Source of the DNA: Dehalococcoidia bacterium | Lineage (GTDB): Bacteria > Chloroflexota > Dehalococcoidia > Lucifugimonadales > UBA1123 | DNA: 64,000 nucleotides | Assembly (NCBI GenBank): GCA_965248005.1 | Contig: CBDFIE010000003.1 | Coordinates: 1,494,498-1,558,497, forward strand | Direction: 5' to 3' | Part shown: positions 36,653-45,997 of the stretch, in pieces | Layout: each line of letters starts with the position of its first letter | Numbering within the stretch: the stretch's first letter is position 1 | Notes under the pieces: model-generated | Database searches by the model: none | The model's input: the letters and a program-made list of their open reading frames with translations, nothing else | What the model was told of the DNA's origin: nothing | Made by a program: the position numbers and the translations under genes

Positions 36653-37465
36653 GTGTACCGAGAACCTGCCCGAGAGGGTAATTTGCGATCTCGTCGTCGA
36701 GTCAGCCGCCTGGAATTCCCCAGGCCGGATAACGCCAAACCGGTCGATCTCCCCGAGGACGAAGCGCTGCCGCTGCTACAGTCTGGCGAGATCATCGGCG
36801 GTCACCGGATGCCGTGGGGCTCCAACTACACTTTCCTGGTATGGATAGACGCCGGCCGCGCCAGCTACCTGCGAGCGATCTACAAACCCCGGGACGGCGA
36901 GAGACCACTATGGGACTTCGACTCCGGGTCCCTGTATAAGAGGGAGCAGGCCGCCTTTTTGCTGAGCCGATTGTTGGGCTGGCCCGATGTGCCACTAACG
37001 CTGGTCAGGGAGGGCCCCTACGGGGTAGGCTCGGTGCAGCTTTACGTGGAGTCCGATCCCGAGGTCACCTACTTCGACCTGATGTCCGACAGGACGGCCG
37101 ACCTGGAGCGGTTCGCGGTTTTCGACCTGCTGGCGAATAACGCCGATCGCAAGGCGGGCCACTGCCTGCTGGGTCCCGACGGCCGAATCTGGAGCATCGA
37201 CCACGGCCTCACGTTCCACGCGTCCTTCAAGGTCCGCAGCGTGATGCTCGAGCTGTGGGGCAAGCCGATCCCCGGGCCATTGCTGACCGACCTCGAAGCG
37301 CTGCTGGTCAGGCTCGAATCCCCGGACCCACAGGCCATGGAGCTCGCCGACCTCATCGATAGCCGAGAGCTTAAGGCCCTCGCGTCACGGACAAGGGCGA
37401 TGTTGAAGGAGCCGGTGCTCCCAGCGCTGGACCCGTACGACAACGTGCCGTGGCCGTTCGTCTGA
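36653..37465 (+). CDS. SCO1664-family protein (TIGR03843-like, PI3/4-kinase-like fold)
   Basis: GSNYTFLVWI, AIYKPRDGERPLWDF, NNADRKAGHCLL and WSIDHGLTFH motifs. It is adjacent to the DUF3090 gene, the usual partner of this family. Confidence 0.75.
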   Translation: MYREPAREGNLRSRRRVSRLEFPRPDNAKPVDLPEDEALPLLQSGEIIGGHRMPWGSNYTFLVWIDAGRASYLRAIYKPRDGERPLWDFDSGSLYKREQAAFLLSRLLGWPDVPLTLVREGPYGVGSVQLYVESDPEVTYFDLMSDRTADLERFAVFDLLANNADRKAGHCLLGPDGRIWSIDHGLTFHASFKVRSVMLELWGKPIPGPLLTDLEALLVRLESPDPQAMELADLIDSRELKALASRTRAMLKEPVLPALDPYDNVPWPFV

Positions 37466-37779
37466 CGAGCGCGCGCCCACCTCTCTTCGCACTACGGGCC
37501 ACTGTGTGGCAACGGTAGCGGTTGGATACGTGAAACACCCTGCCAGCCTCAGCATGGCCAGTCTGTCATCGTTCCGCGGCCGTTCGGTGTTCATCGGATA
37601 GCGACTGATGTTGTATGTTTGATAACCAGATCTGACACGGTCCCATCCTTGCTTGGGAGGGTCGACTTTTTCGATCTCTTCAACATCACCTTCGACAACC
37701 AAAACCAGAAGATCGTTCTCGACAGGATATCGTAGACAACCCCGCGATTAGCTCGCAGGGCCTGGATACGTGGCGCTGG

Positions 37780-37809
37780 TTGTCCGGCCTCTGACGCGTA
37801 TGCTATACT
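37780..37809 (+). promoter_or_regulatory. candidate sigma-70-type promoter for rpsU
   Basis: TTGTCC, 18-nt spacer, TATACT, with TG one base before the -10 (extended -10), about 65 nt upstream of rpsU. Confidence 0.3.
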
Positions 37810-37873
37810 CGGCTTTGAGCGGATCGAAACGTACTTGAAGGCGCGGCGCGCCGTGGTTTTTGAGGAGTGGCAT

Positions 37874-38065
37874 TTGTCCTTTGTAACGCTGCGAGAAGGA
37901 GAGGACCCCGAGAGCCTGCTGAAGAGGTTCCAGACCTCAATGCAGCGCTCCGGCATCCTTCGCGACCTTCGAAACCGCCGCTTTTTCCGCACCAAGGGCG
38001 AGCAGACGCGTCTGGACAAACAGCGCAGCCTCCGCCGAATCCGCCGCCGCCGCCGCCCCCGATAG
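37874..38065 (+). CDS. rpsU: 30S ribosomal protein S21
   Basis: VTLREGEDPESLLKRFQTSMQRSGILRDLRNRRFF..KGEQTRLDK fits S21. I prefer the TTG start at 37874, with GAGGAG 6 nt upstream; the track ORF starts at 37835. Confidence 0.8.
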   Translation: MSFVTLREGEDPESLLKRFQTSMQRSGILRDLRNRRFFRTKGEQTRLDKQRSLRRIRRRRRPR

Positions 38066-38525
38066 TCACAGCCTCCGCCGGTCACTTACGCTGCTGGTCC
38101 AACGCTCGGCTTCCACTCCCCGCGATAGCCTGCGTGGTCGGTAATGTGCCCATGTGTGCGTGGCCCGCTTTGACCTACCTCCGTCTCCCACCGCCACGAT
38201 CACCAATCCCCTGAGCTTGCCAGCGACAGACCGTGCCTGAAAGCACCAGCGGCACGCCGGCCGGGGGAGCGCGCCAGCGAGAGAGGTCCTGACCTGTCCA
38301 GTATCACGATATACAGCGACCACCGAATCCGCTTGAACCGGCGCCTGCAGGGCTGGAGCAGCATCGACGGGTATGTCGACCAGGCCGCCGCTCCTAACGC
38401 ACCGCGCATGTGAACCGTTTTCTTAAGTGAACGGTGGTCCGTCTAGGCCCACACTCGGACAGTCCGCTTCCCGATAACAGTGCCCGGACGGCCATCCCCG
38501 CTCTTACATTAGGAGGTCCCAACCG

Positions 38526-39833
38526 ATGTTGATCCGCTCCCGCCTTCCCATGGTCCTATTTACGTTATTCGTAGCAACAGTCGCCCTGACCGCCTGTGGC
38601 CAGGACTCCGAGACCGAGGTGCCGCGGGCCGTGGCCCCGACCGCGGCCGGGGTGAGTTCGCCGGAACCGTCCCCGGTCGCTGAGCCAGCCGTGTCGACAG
38701 CGCCGGCGCCGGCACAGGAGCCGACCCGTCAGCCTGAGCCGGTGGCGGCCGTCAGCCCCAGCCCGTCATCCGTGGCTGATCCGGCTCCCGAGCCGGCCGC
38801 GACTCAGGCCCCCGAACCGCCCGCATCCGAAACTCCAGCGGTGATAGAGGGCACCGGCGGCGAAAAGTCGTCTGGCGCCGCGGTTGTCGCCCTCACCGCG
38901 GCGGAGGAGCTGCCGACTGTCGAGGTGGTCAAGATTCTGACGCCTTCAGTCGTCCAGATAGTGACCGAGGTCGCCGGCATGGGCTTCATGAACAATCCCA
39001 ATCCTCAGCAGGGGGTCGGGACCGGAGTCGTTCTCGATACCGATGGCAACATCTTGACCAACAATCACGTCGTAGCCGGTGCTCAGCGAATTAACGCCAC
39101 GTTCAGCGACGGACGGAGCTTAACTGCTAGCGTCATCGGCACCGACCCAAGCACGGACCTCGCGATAATCCGCGTCGAGGCCGAAGACCTGGTGCCCGCT
39201 ATGCTAGGTGAGTCGGCCAAGCTTCAAGTTGGGCAGGACGTCATAGCCATAGGCCACGCGCTGGGCCTGTCAGGCGGCCCAACCGTGAGCAAGGGCGTCG
39301 TCAGCGCGCTTGGACGATCCATCGATACCGACCAGCAAAACACCATTATCGACCTGATCCAGACCGACACCTCCATCAACCCCGGTAATAGCGGCGGTCC
39401 TCTGGTGAACAACAGCGCCGAGGTCATCGGCATCAACACCGCGATAATCCAGGGAAGCCAGGGCATTGGCTTTGCCATCAACATCGACGACGCTAAAGTG
39501 GTGGCGTCCCAACTCATGGACCAGGGATTCGTCCGCCGCGGGTTCATTGGCATCACGCCCATCAACTTGACGCCCGGAATTGCCATGCAGATACGCTCGT
39601 CGGTCGACGAGGGGGTCCTGGTTGTCAGGGTTTACGAGCGCACCGCCGCAGCCGACGCCGGGCTGCTGCAAGAAGACATCATCATCGAGCTGGGCGGCGA
39701 GCTGATCCGCAACACTGGCGAGCTTGCCAAGTTCCTGCTGTCCCACGAGCCGGGAGAGACCGTGGCGATCGTTACCGTAAGGGACAACCGTCGACTCAGA
39801 GGCGAAATCACGCTGGGCGACAGGCCGAATTAG
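38526..39833 (+). CDS. HtrA/DegP-family serine protease with PDZ domain (lipoprotein)
   Basis: Catalytic triad context TNNHVV, TDLAII and GNSGGPL; C-terminal PDZ domain; N-terminal lipobox ALTAC followed by a Pro/Ala/Glu linker. Confidence 0.92.
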   Translation: MLIRSRLPMVLFTLFVATVALTACGQDSETEVPRAVAPTAAGVSSPEPSPVAEPAVSTAPAPAQEPTRQPEPVAAVSPSPSSVADPAPEPAATQAPEPPASETPAVIEGTGGEKSSGAAVVALTAAEELPTVEVVKILTPSVVQIVTEVAGMGFMNNPNPQQGVGTGVVLDTDGNILTNNHVVAGAQRINATFSDGRSLTASVIGTDPSTDLAIIRVEAEDLVPAMLGESAKLQVGQDVIAIGHALGLSGGPTVSKGVVSALGRSIDTDQQNTIIDLIQTDTSINPGNSGGPLVNNSAEVIGINTAIIQGSQGIGFAINIDDAKVVASQLMDQGFVRRGFIGITPINLTPGIAMQIRSSVDEGVLVVRVYERTAAADAGLLQEDIIIELGGELIRNTGELAKFLLSHEPGETVAIVTVRDNRRLRGEITLGDRPN

Positions 39834-40232
39834 TCGGGGACAGCGCCAGTCCAGTTAACAGCGCCTGGCGGCCGACCGGCGGCGCTGAAACTGCGTCCCT
39901 GGTGTAACCCTCTGTCATTTCCCGCCCCGTCTTAAGGCAGCGCGCCACCAGCACAGCGGCGCGCTGCGGCTCGGACCGGAGCCCAGGCCCAGCAACCGCA
40001 CCTAGCGCCGCCAAGTCCGTCCCCGCCGCCGGGATCTCCGGTCCGTTTTCATCCCTCAAATTTTTGCGTCCCAAGGGCTGGATTTGTTGCGCCATCTCCC
40101 CCAATCCTTCGTGGATCGAAATTCCGAGAAAATTATTGGAACCTGCTGGTCGAAATCTCGCATTTTGCACCTTGAAGCGCCGCGAAACGACCGTGTTATT
40201 ATCGGGGCCGCCCCACAAAATAAGGACCCCGT

Positions 40233-41597
40233 ATGACCACCATCGCCGACCAGCCAAGGGACCTCTGGAATGCCGTTCTCGGCGAGCTGCAGCTCCACGT
40301 CACCAGGCCCAGTTTCGAGACCTGGCTCAGGCGCACGGAAGGCGTGGATTTCCGGGACGGCGAGTTCACCGTCAGCACTCCCAATGCCTTCGTCGCTGAG
40401 ATGCTCGAGCAGCGCATGTACTCCCTCATCTCCCAGACCGTCGAGCGCGTGGTCAAGGCCCCGGTTGAGGTGCTGTTCCGCGTGGCGCTCTCGCCGGACG
40501 ACGGGGATTCGGACGATTCATCGGGCCAGGCGCTCAGCCCCGAGCCGGCGTTCGAGGCCGACATTCCCAGAGTCCAGCAGTCGCCGCTCAACCCGCGGTA
40601 CACATTCGAAAGATTTGTGGTGGGTAGCTCGAACGAGTTGGCCCACGCTGCCGCTGGGGCCGTCGCCGACAGGCCGGGCGAAGTCTACAACCCGCTGGTC
40701 ATGTACTCCGACGTCGGCCTCGGCAAGACCCACCTGATGCACGCCATCGGCCACCGCATATTGTCCAAAGGCATGTCGCTCATCTCGGCCACGACAGAAG
40801 AGTTCACCAACGAGTACATCAAAGCAATCCGCGAAGGAGGCACCGAGGGCTTCCGCGACCGCTACCGCAACACCGACGTGCTCCTGCTAGACGACATACA
40901 GTTCTTGATCGGTAAAGAGCAGACCCAGGAGGGGTTCTTTCACACCTTCAACGCGCTCCATATGACAAACCGGCAGATCGTCATTACCAGCGACCGGCCG
41001 GTCACGGCGCTGACGCTGCTCGAGGACCGCATGCAGTCGCGGCTTTCCGGCGGCCTGGTGGTCGACATTCAGCCGCCGGGCATCGAGACGCGGCTCGCCA
41101 TCCTCAAGGCCAAGGCCGAGCAGGTGGGACAGGTCATCGCTGATACCGTGCTGGAGTTCCTCGCCGAGAGAGTCCAGCAGAACATTCGCCTGCTGGAAGG
41201 TAGCCTCAACCGGGTGATCGCCTTTGCGCAGATGACGAACAGCCCCATCGACTTGTCTCTAGTCAACCGGGCCATCGCCGACATCGTTTGCACCGTCTCA
41301 GGCCGTCAATTGCCACCCGATCTGGTGCTCGAGACGGTTTCAGCTTATTTCGGAGTGGATGTCGGGGCGTTGAAAGGCCGCAGGCGCGACAAGCACACCG
41401 CCCTGGCCCGACACGTCGCCATGTTCCTGCTCCGGGAAGAGGCCCACCTCCGCCTAACGACGATCGGCCGCATGCTGGGTGGCAAGGACCACACAACAGT
41501 CGCCCACGGCTGTGACCGCATCTCCGCCCAGGGCCAGGTCGACCACGGTCTGCGGAGGGACCTGAACAACATCCGCGAGACCCTGGCCCGCAGCTAG
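40233..41597 (+). CDS. dnaA: chromosomal replication initiator protein DnaA
   Basis: LWNAVLGELQ N-terminus, NPRYTFERFVVGSSN, Walker A GLGKTHL, LLLDDIQFL, and the C-terminal DNA-binding motif GGKDHTTVAH. Confidence 0.97.
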   Translation: MTTIADQPRDLWNAVLGELQLHVTRPSFETWLRRTEGVDFRDGEFTVSTPNAFVAEMLEQRMYSLISQTVERVVKAPVEVLFRVALSPDDGDSDDSSGQALSPEPAFEADIPRVQQSPLNPRYTFERFVVGSSNELAHAAAGAVADRPGEVYNPLVMYSDVGLGKTHLMHAIGHRILSKGMSLISATTEEFTNEYIKAIREGGTEGFRDRYRNTDVLLLDDIQFLIGKEQTQEGFFHTFNALHMTNRQIVITSDRPVTALTLLEDRMQSRLSGGLVVDIQPPGIETRLAILKAKAEQVGQVIADTVLEFLAERVQQNIRLLEGSLNRVIAFAQMTNSPIDLSLVNRAIADIVCTVSGRQLPPDLVLETVSAYFGVDVGALKGRRRDKHTALARHVAMFLLREEAHLRLTTIGRMLGGKDHTTVAHGCDRISAQGQVDHGLRRDLNNIRETLARS

Positions 41598-41672
41598 GCT
41601 GCGCCGGCCGCGGATCAACCGCGCATCGGCCCCCACCTGACCGACAGCTCAGCACGCCGAGATGTCCCGATT

Positions 41673-41935
41673 CGTGGATAACAGCCTCTAATACGGGGAT
41701 AACTCAGCGGATATGTTGACAACCTGGCGGACCCGGCAGCATCCCGAAGCGCCTCGGCCCTCAAGCCGGCACATGGCAGCCAGTTATCCCCAGCAACTCG
41801 CGTCGGACGGGTGCTACAATGACAGCCTATCCACTAGCTACTAGCTACGGCATTCCCCACTTACCTCGGCTTTACTATTATGATTAATTCTCTCTGCATA
41901 TGATTGATCGAGTAGTTATCCACATAAAAAGCGGA
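41673..41935. other. candidate oriC: five DnaA-box-like 9-mers plus an AT-rich stretch
   Basis: Boxes: CGTGGATAA at 41673-81 (8/9, reverse orientation), CGGGGATAA at 41694-702 (7/9), TTATCCCCA at 41784-92 (8/9), CTATCCACT at 41827-35 (7/9), and a perfect TTATCCACA at 41916-24. The AT-rich segment lies at roughly 41866-41935. Confidence 0.5.
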
Positions 41936-43174
41936 AAGGGCGGAGACGGCGCTATAAGCGGACGTCACGAGAAGTACGTTCCGCGTGGAGGCCCGGACGG
42001 GGGCAATGGTGGAGCCGGCGGTAGCGTGTATCTTGTTTGCGACCCAAACATGAACACGCTGGTGTCCTTTCGATACCAGAGACACTACGGCGCGGGTGAT
42101 GGTGGGACGGGTGAGGGAAAGCTAAAGCACGGTAAACAGGGTAAAGACATTACGCTGGCGGTGCCGGTGGGGACGCAGGTCCGGGTAGAGGGGAAGCAAG
42201 GCCAGCTGGTTGCGGACCTGGACACGGCTCATGCACGGGTTCAGGTAGCGCGTGGCGGTAGAGGCGGCGCGGGCAACAGCCGGTACGCGACCTCCACGAA
42301 CCAATTTCCGCTGCTCGCACAGGTCGGCGAGGCAGGCGAAAAACGCTCGTTACGTCTGGAGCTGAAGCTGCTGGCTGACGTGGGGATAATCGGCGCTCCC
42401 AACGCCGGTAAATCGAGCCTGCTGGCAGCGGTGACTGCTGCGCGGCCAAAGATTGCAGACTATCCTTTCACAACAATAGAGGCGGCTCTGGGGGTAGTTG
42501 AGCACCGTCAAGAGAGCTTCGTAATGGTCGACATTCCCGGGCTGATAGAGGGTGCTCATGAGGGCCTGGGCCTGGGCCATGATTTCCTGCGGCATGTCGA
42601 GCGGACGAGGATCCTGGTACACATGGTGGACGGCGCCCTCGATGACCCAGCCGAGCAGCACCGGCAGACCAACAGAGAGTTGGAGTTGTTCAACGCAGAT
42701 CTGGGGCGCAAGCCGCAGATACTGGCAGTCAATAAAATAGATCTGCCCGAGGTCCGGGAGCGGCTAGCCAGATTGAAGCACGACTTTCGGGAGACGCCCC
42801 GGGTCCACGTTATATCGGCGTCGGCGGCAGAGGGGCTGACGCCGCTGCTGGACGCGGTGCTGGAAGAGCTTCGCGCGGCGCCGCTCCCTACCGGAAGCGG
42901 AGAGCACGTGGATTCGGCGAAAGATCTGCCCGTCCTGAGGCCCAGGCCGCGGGCGTCGGGCGCCAGCGTCCACAGGACCGCCAGCGGCAAGTTCGTCGTG
43001 GAGTCGGACGATGCGGCCCGGATCGCCGCGAGGGTGGACATCGAGAGCTGGAGCGCGCGGATTCAGCTGTACGCCCGTCTTAAGCGTACCGGGGTCGTCA
43101 AGGCGCTTGAGGACGCCGGCATCATGCCCGGCGACACGGTCCGGTTTGGCGGGATCGAGATGGAGTGGGAATGA
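41900..43174 (+). CDS. obgE: GTPase Obg/CgtA
   Basis: Gly-rich Obg fold (GGDGAISGRHEKYVPRGGPDGGNGGAGGSVYL), G motifs GAPNAGKSS, DIPGLIEGA and NKID, and a C-terminal OCT-like domain. Confidence 0.95.
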   Translation: MIDRVVIHIKSGKGGDGAISGRHEKYVPRGGPDGGNGGAGGSVYLVCDPNMNTLVSFRYQRHYGAGDGGTGEGKLKHGKQGKDITLAVPVGTQVRVEGKQGQLVADLDTAHARVQVARGGRGGAGNSRYATSTNQFPLLAQVGEAGEKRSLRLELKLLADVGIIGAPNAGKSSLLAAVTAARPKIADYPFTTIEAALGVVEHRQESFVMVDIPGLIEGAHEGLGLGHDFLRHVERTRILVHMVDGALDDPAEQHRQTNRELELFNADLGRKPQILAVNKIDLPEVRERLARLKHDFRETPRVHVISASAAEGLTPLLDAVLEELRAAPLPTGSGEHVDSAKDLPVLRPRPRASGASVHRTASGKFVVESDDAARIAARVDIESWSARIQLYARLKRTGVVKALEDAGIMPGDTVRFGGIEMEWE

Positions 43175-43196
43175 CGGCCGCTCTGTTCTCGGCGCG

Positions 43197-43799
43197 ATGA
43201 GGATTGGCCTGCTGGGCGGGACCTTCGACCCGATCCACAATGGCCACCTGCTCGTCGGGGAGAGCGCACAGGAGTATTTGGAGCTGGACTCCGTGGTGTT
43301 CATACCCGCGGGGCGGCCGTGGCTGAAGGCCGACAAGCAGGTCTCCAATTCCGAGCACCGTCTCGCCATGGCAGAGCTGGGCGTCGAAGGGCATCCCTCC
43401 TTCAGCGTGTCCAGGGTTGAGATAGACCGGCCTGGCCCCACATACACTGTCGATACCCTGGAGCAGATGCGGCGCGAACTCGGGCCGGAAGTCGAGTTGT
43501 ATCTGGTGCTTGGCATGGACTCGCTCCGGGATCTGTCCCGATGGAGGCGGCCCGAGCGCCTCTTCGAGCTGTGCACTGTCGTAGGCGTGTCCCGACCGGG
43601 CTATGACGACATCGTGCCGACGTGGCTCGATGAGATCGTTGATGGCGCGTCCGAGAGCGTGAAACTGTTACGAGGGCCGCAGTCAAACACTAGCGGGACC
43701 GAAATCCGAGAGCGTGCATCGAGGGGCGAGCCACTGGGCTCCCTAGTGCCAAAAGCGGTCGAAGCCTATATCCTGGAGCACGGGCTGTATCGCTTCTAG
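43197..43799 (+). CDS. nadD: nicotinate-nucleotide adenylyltransferase
   Basis: GLLGGTFDPIHNGHL (the (H/T)xGH motif) and the SGTEIR motif. The Met at 43197 is internal to track ORF 43011. Confidence 0.92.
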   Translation: MRIGLLGGTFDPIHNGHLLVGESAQEYLELDSVVFIPAGRPWLKADKQVSNSEHRLAMAELGVEGHPSFSVSRVEIDRPGPTYTVDTLEQMRRELGPEVELYLVLGMDSLRDLSRWRRPERLFELCTVVGVSRPGYDDIVPTWLDEIVDGASESVKLLRGPQSNTSGTEIRERASRGEPLGSLVPKAVEAYILEHGLYRF

Positions 43800-43833
43800 C
43801 GTCTGGCGGAATTATTGAGTAGGAGAGGTAGAG

Positions 43834-44832
43834 ATGGCAGACAACAAGTTCACAGTGAATTTTATAGGACACCTCAGGTCTGCGAACGATGCGGACATGA
43901 TCGAGGAGTTGGCCAAGGTTGGCGCAGACCTGGTTTCCCTGGACCAGCTAGACGACGAAGACGAGATCATCCGCCAGGCACAGGGAGCGGACGCGCTGAT
44001 CGTCCGCGAATCGCCGATAACCCGCCGAGTGCTGGCCGCGCTGACACAATGCAAGGCGGTGCTGCGTACAGGGGTGGGCTACGACTGCATAGACGTGGAC
44101 GCTGCGACGGACCATGGAATCGCGGTGATCAACGTCCCGGACCTCTGGAACCGAGAGGTGGCGAATCATGCGGTATCGCTGCTGCTGGCATGCAACCGTG
44201 CGGTGGTGACCCTCGACCGAGACGTGCGTGGCGGCCGATGGGTGTCGCGCATATCAGGGCCCGTCGGCAGCATCCACGGGGAGACCGTGGGCGTCATGGG
44301 CCTGGGGCGCATCGGCGGCTTCTTCGCCCGGAGGATGGCGGGCTTTGAGGCAGAACTGATCGCCTACGATCCTTACATCCCGGAATCGGCCTTCGCGGCC
44401 GTGGGCGCCAGAGCGGTTTCATTCGACGAGCTACTCGAGCGGTCGGACTATGTCTCGGTCCACATGCCCCTCACCGAGGAGAGCCATCACCTGGTCGACG
44501 AACGGGCGCTGCGCAAGATGAAGAGTACCGCGATTCTGATCAACACGTCGCGAGGGCCGGTGGTGGACGAGGTCGCCCTGATCAAGGCGCTGCAGGAGGG
44601 ATGGATACGGGGCGCCGGCCTGGATGTCCTGGAGCGGGAACCGCCCGACCCCGATAATCCTCTGCTGCGGATGGACAACGTGGTACTAACCCCACACGCG
44701 GCCCACTACTCGGACCTGTCGATGGCGGTCCGGCCCCGACGCTACGGCGCCGAGATAGCCGCCGTGCTGGACGGCCGTAAACCGATTAATCTCGTCAACC
44801 CGGCGGTCCTGGAGGTGCTTCCGCTCCGGTAG
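43834..44832 (+). CDS. D-isomer-specific 2-hydroxyacid dehydrogenase family protein
   Basis: GVMGLGRIGG NAD motif, INTSRGPVVDE, and the LDVLEREP...TPHAA catalytic region. Confidence 0.88.
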   Translation: MADNKFTVNFIGHLRSANDADMIEELAKVGADLVSLDQLDDEDEIIRQAQGADALIVRESPITRRVLAALTQCKAVLRTGVGYDCIDVDAATDHGIAVINVPDLWNREVANHAVSLLLACNRAVVTLDRDVRGGRWVSRISGPVGSIHGETVGVMGLGRIGGFFARRMAGFEAELIAYDPYIPESAFAAVGARAVSFDELLERSDYVSVHMPLTEESHHLVDERALRKMKSTAILINTSRGPVVDEVALIKALQEGWIRGAGLDVLEREPPDPDNPLLRMDNVVLTPHAAHYSDLSMAVRPRRYGAEIAAVLDGRKPINLVNPAVLEVLPLR

Positions 44833-44858
44833 CACCAGCAGCGCAGTCAAACTGACAG

Positions 44859-45002
44859 CTAGCTGGCCTTGCCGATCCTGAACACGGTTGCGCTACAGAC
44901 TGAACACTTGCCGCGCGTGGCAGGCCGTCCATTCTTGAGTGTGACCTGCTGGGCGTCATTGATTTCCCGGTGCGCGCGGCACTTTAGGCAATATGCTTGC
45001 AT
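44859..45002 (-). CDS. DUF5679-like small zinc-ribbon protein (47 aa)
   Basis: MQAYCLKCRAHREI...LKNGRPATRGKCSVCSATVFRIGK has two CxxC pairs. GGAGGGAG lies upstream. The track ORF extends to 45086. Confidence 0.6.
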   Translation of the reverse strand: MQAYCLKCRAHREINDAQQVTLKNGRPATRGKCSVCSATVFRIGKAS

Positions 45003-45271
45003 GGCTCCCTCCAATAATTGAAGTCGGACGACGATAGGGTCCACATGACGTCGCGGAGGCCCCGGTCCGCTGCGACGCCCGGTCAAAGTTCCCAGATCGG
45101 AGGCACCCCCTGGCAGACGACTAGCGTGGGAGGCGTCAAGGGGTGGGATTGCCCGCCATTATATTAGCCAACCTGCTCACCTGCAACCCCGGTTCGGAAA
45201 TTGGTCCTGCAGTCCGGCAGGGCCACCGTGCCGCTGGCCGATCGTGCTCGCGGCGCTAGTTGGCGCCGCCT

Positions 45272-45985
45272 TCACCGAGTGGGGCGGGCCCGATCGTCGC
45301 CCAGGATTGCCCCATCGAGCATCGTGAAGACCCGCGTGCATGCCGCGCTCACCTCGGCGTCGTGGGTCACCAGAATGATGGTCTGCTGCCGCTGCTGGTG
45401 GAAGCGGCGTAGCACATCCAGCACCTCGGCGGTATTCGCCGAGTCCAGGTTGCCTGTCGGCTCATCCGCCAACAGCAGCTCCGGCTCGTTTACGAGGCCG
45501 CGAGCGATGGCCACACGCTGCTGCTGCCCGCCCGACAGCTCGGTCGGACGATGGTGGGACCAGTCGGTGAGCCCAACCCAGTCCAACGCCTCCGCAGCAG
45601 CGGAGCGTGCCTCTGAGCGTGACCGGCCAGCGTACTCGGCCGCCAGCGACACGTTCTCGATGGCGGTGAGAATTGGCACCAGGTTGAAGGACTGGAACAC
45701 AAAGCCCATGGTCTGGGCCCGCATCATCGTGCGCTCCCTGTCGGAGAGGCTTGTGGCGTCCCGCCCTGCGACGATCAACTTCGGCGACGACTCGCTGTTA
45801 CTGTCCGGCGGCTGAAGCAGGCCCAAGATGTGCATCAGGGTGCTCTTTCCACACCCTGAGGGCCCCATGATGGCGATCATCTCTCCGGCCTCGATCGAGA
45901 TATCGACACCGCGTAGGGCTTCGACTATATTGCCGCGCCCTAGCTGGTACGTCTTGCGCAGATCGTGGGCCTCTACAAAGGCCAT
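45272..45985 (-). CDS. ABC transporter ATP-binding protein (MacB/LolD-like)
   Basis: Walker [10 protein letters not shown], signature LSGGQQQR, Walker B LLLADEPT. Confidence 0.92.
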   Translation of the reverse strand: MAFVEAHDLRKTYQLGRGNIVEALRGVDISIEAGEMIAIMGPSGCGKSTLMHILGLLQPPDSNSESSPKLIVAGRDATSLSDRERTMMRAQTMGFVFQSFNLVPILTAIENVSLAAEYAGRSRSEARSAAAEALDWVGLTDWSHHRPTELSGGQQQRVAIARGLVNEPELLLADEPTGNLDSANTAEVLDVLRRFHQQRQQTIILVTHDAEVSAACTRVFTMLDGAILGDDRARPTR

Positions 45986-45997
45986 AGTTCCGGCCTC

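Noticed and set aside
37385-38085. Minus-strand ORFs 37385..37702 and 37591..38085 in the gap before rpsU and across rpsU.
   Set aside because: One overlaps the SCO1664-family gene end and the other lies antisense to the clear S21 gene. Neither has motifs. The lower-GC part (37500-37800) may still hide a small gene or RNA, but I cannot support one.
39808-40257. A minus-strand 149-aa ORF upstream of dnaA; also checked as a possible rpmH (L34) location.
   Set aside because: Nothing like the L34 sequence (MKRTYQPS..RKRxHGFR) appears in any frame. The ORF overlaps the dnaA start and has Arg/Ala/Gly-rich composition. I treat the region as non-coding.
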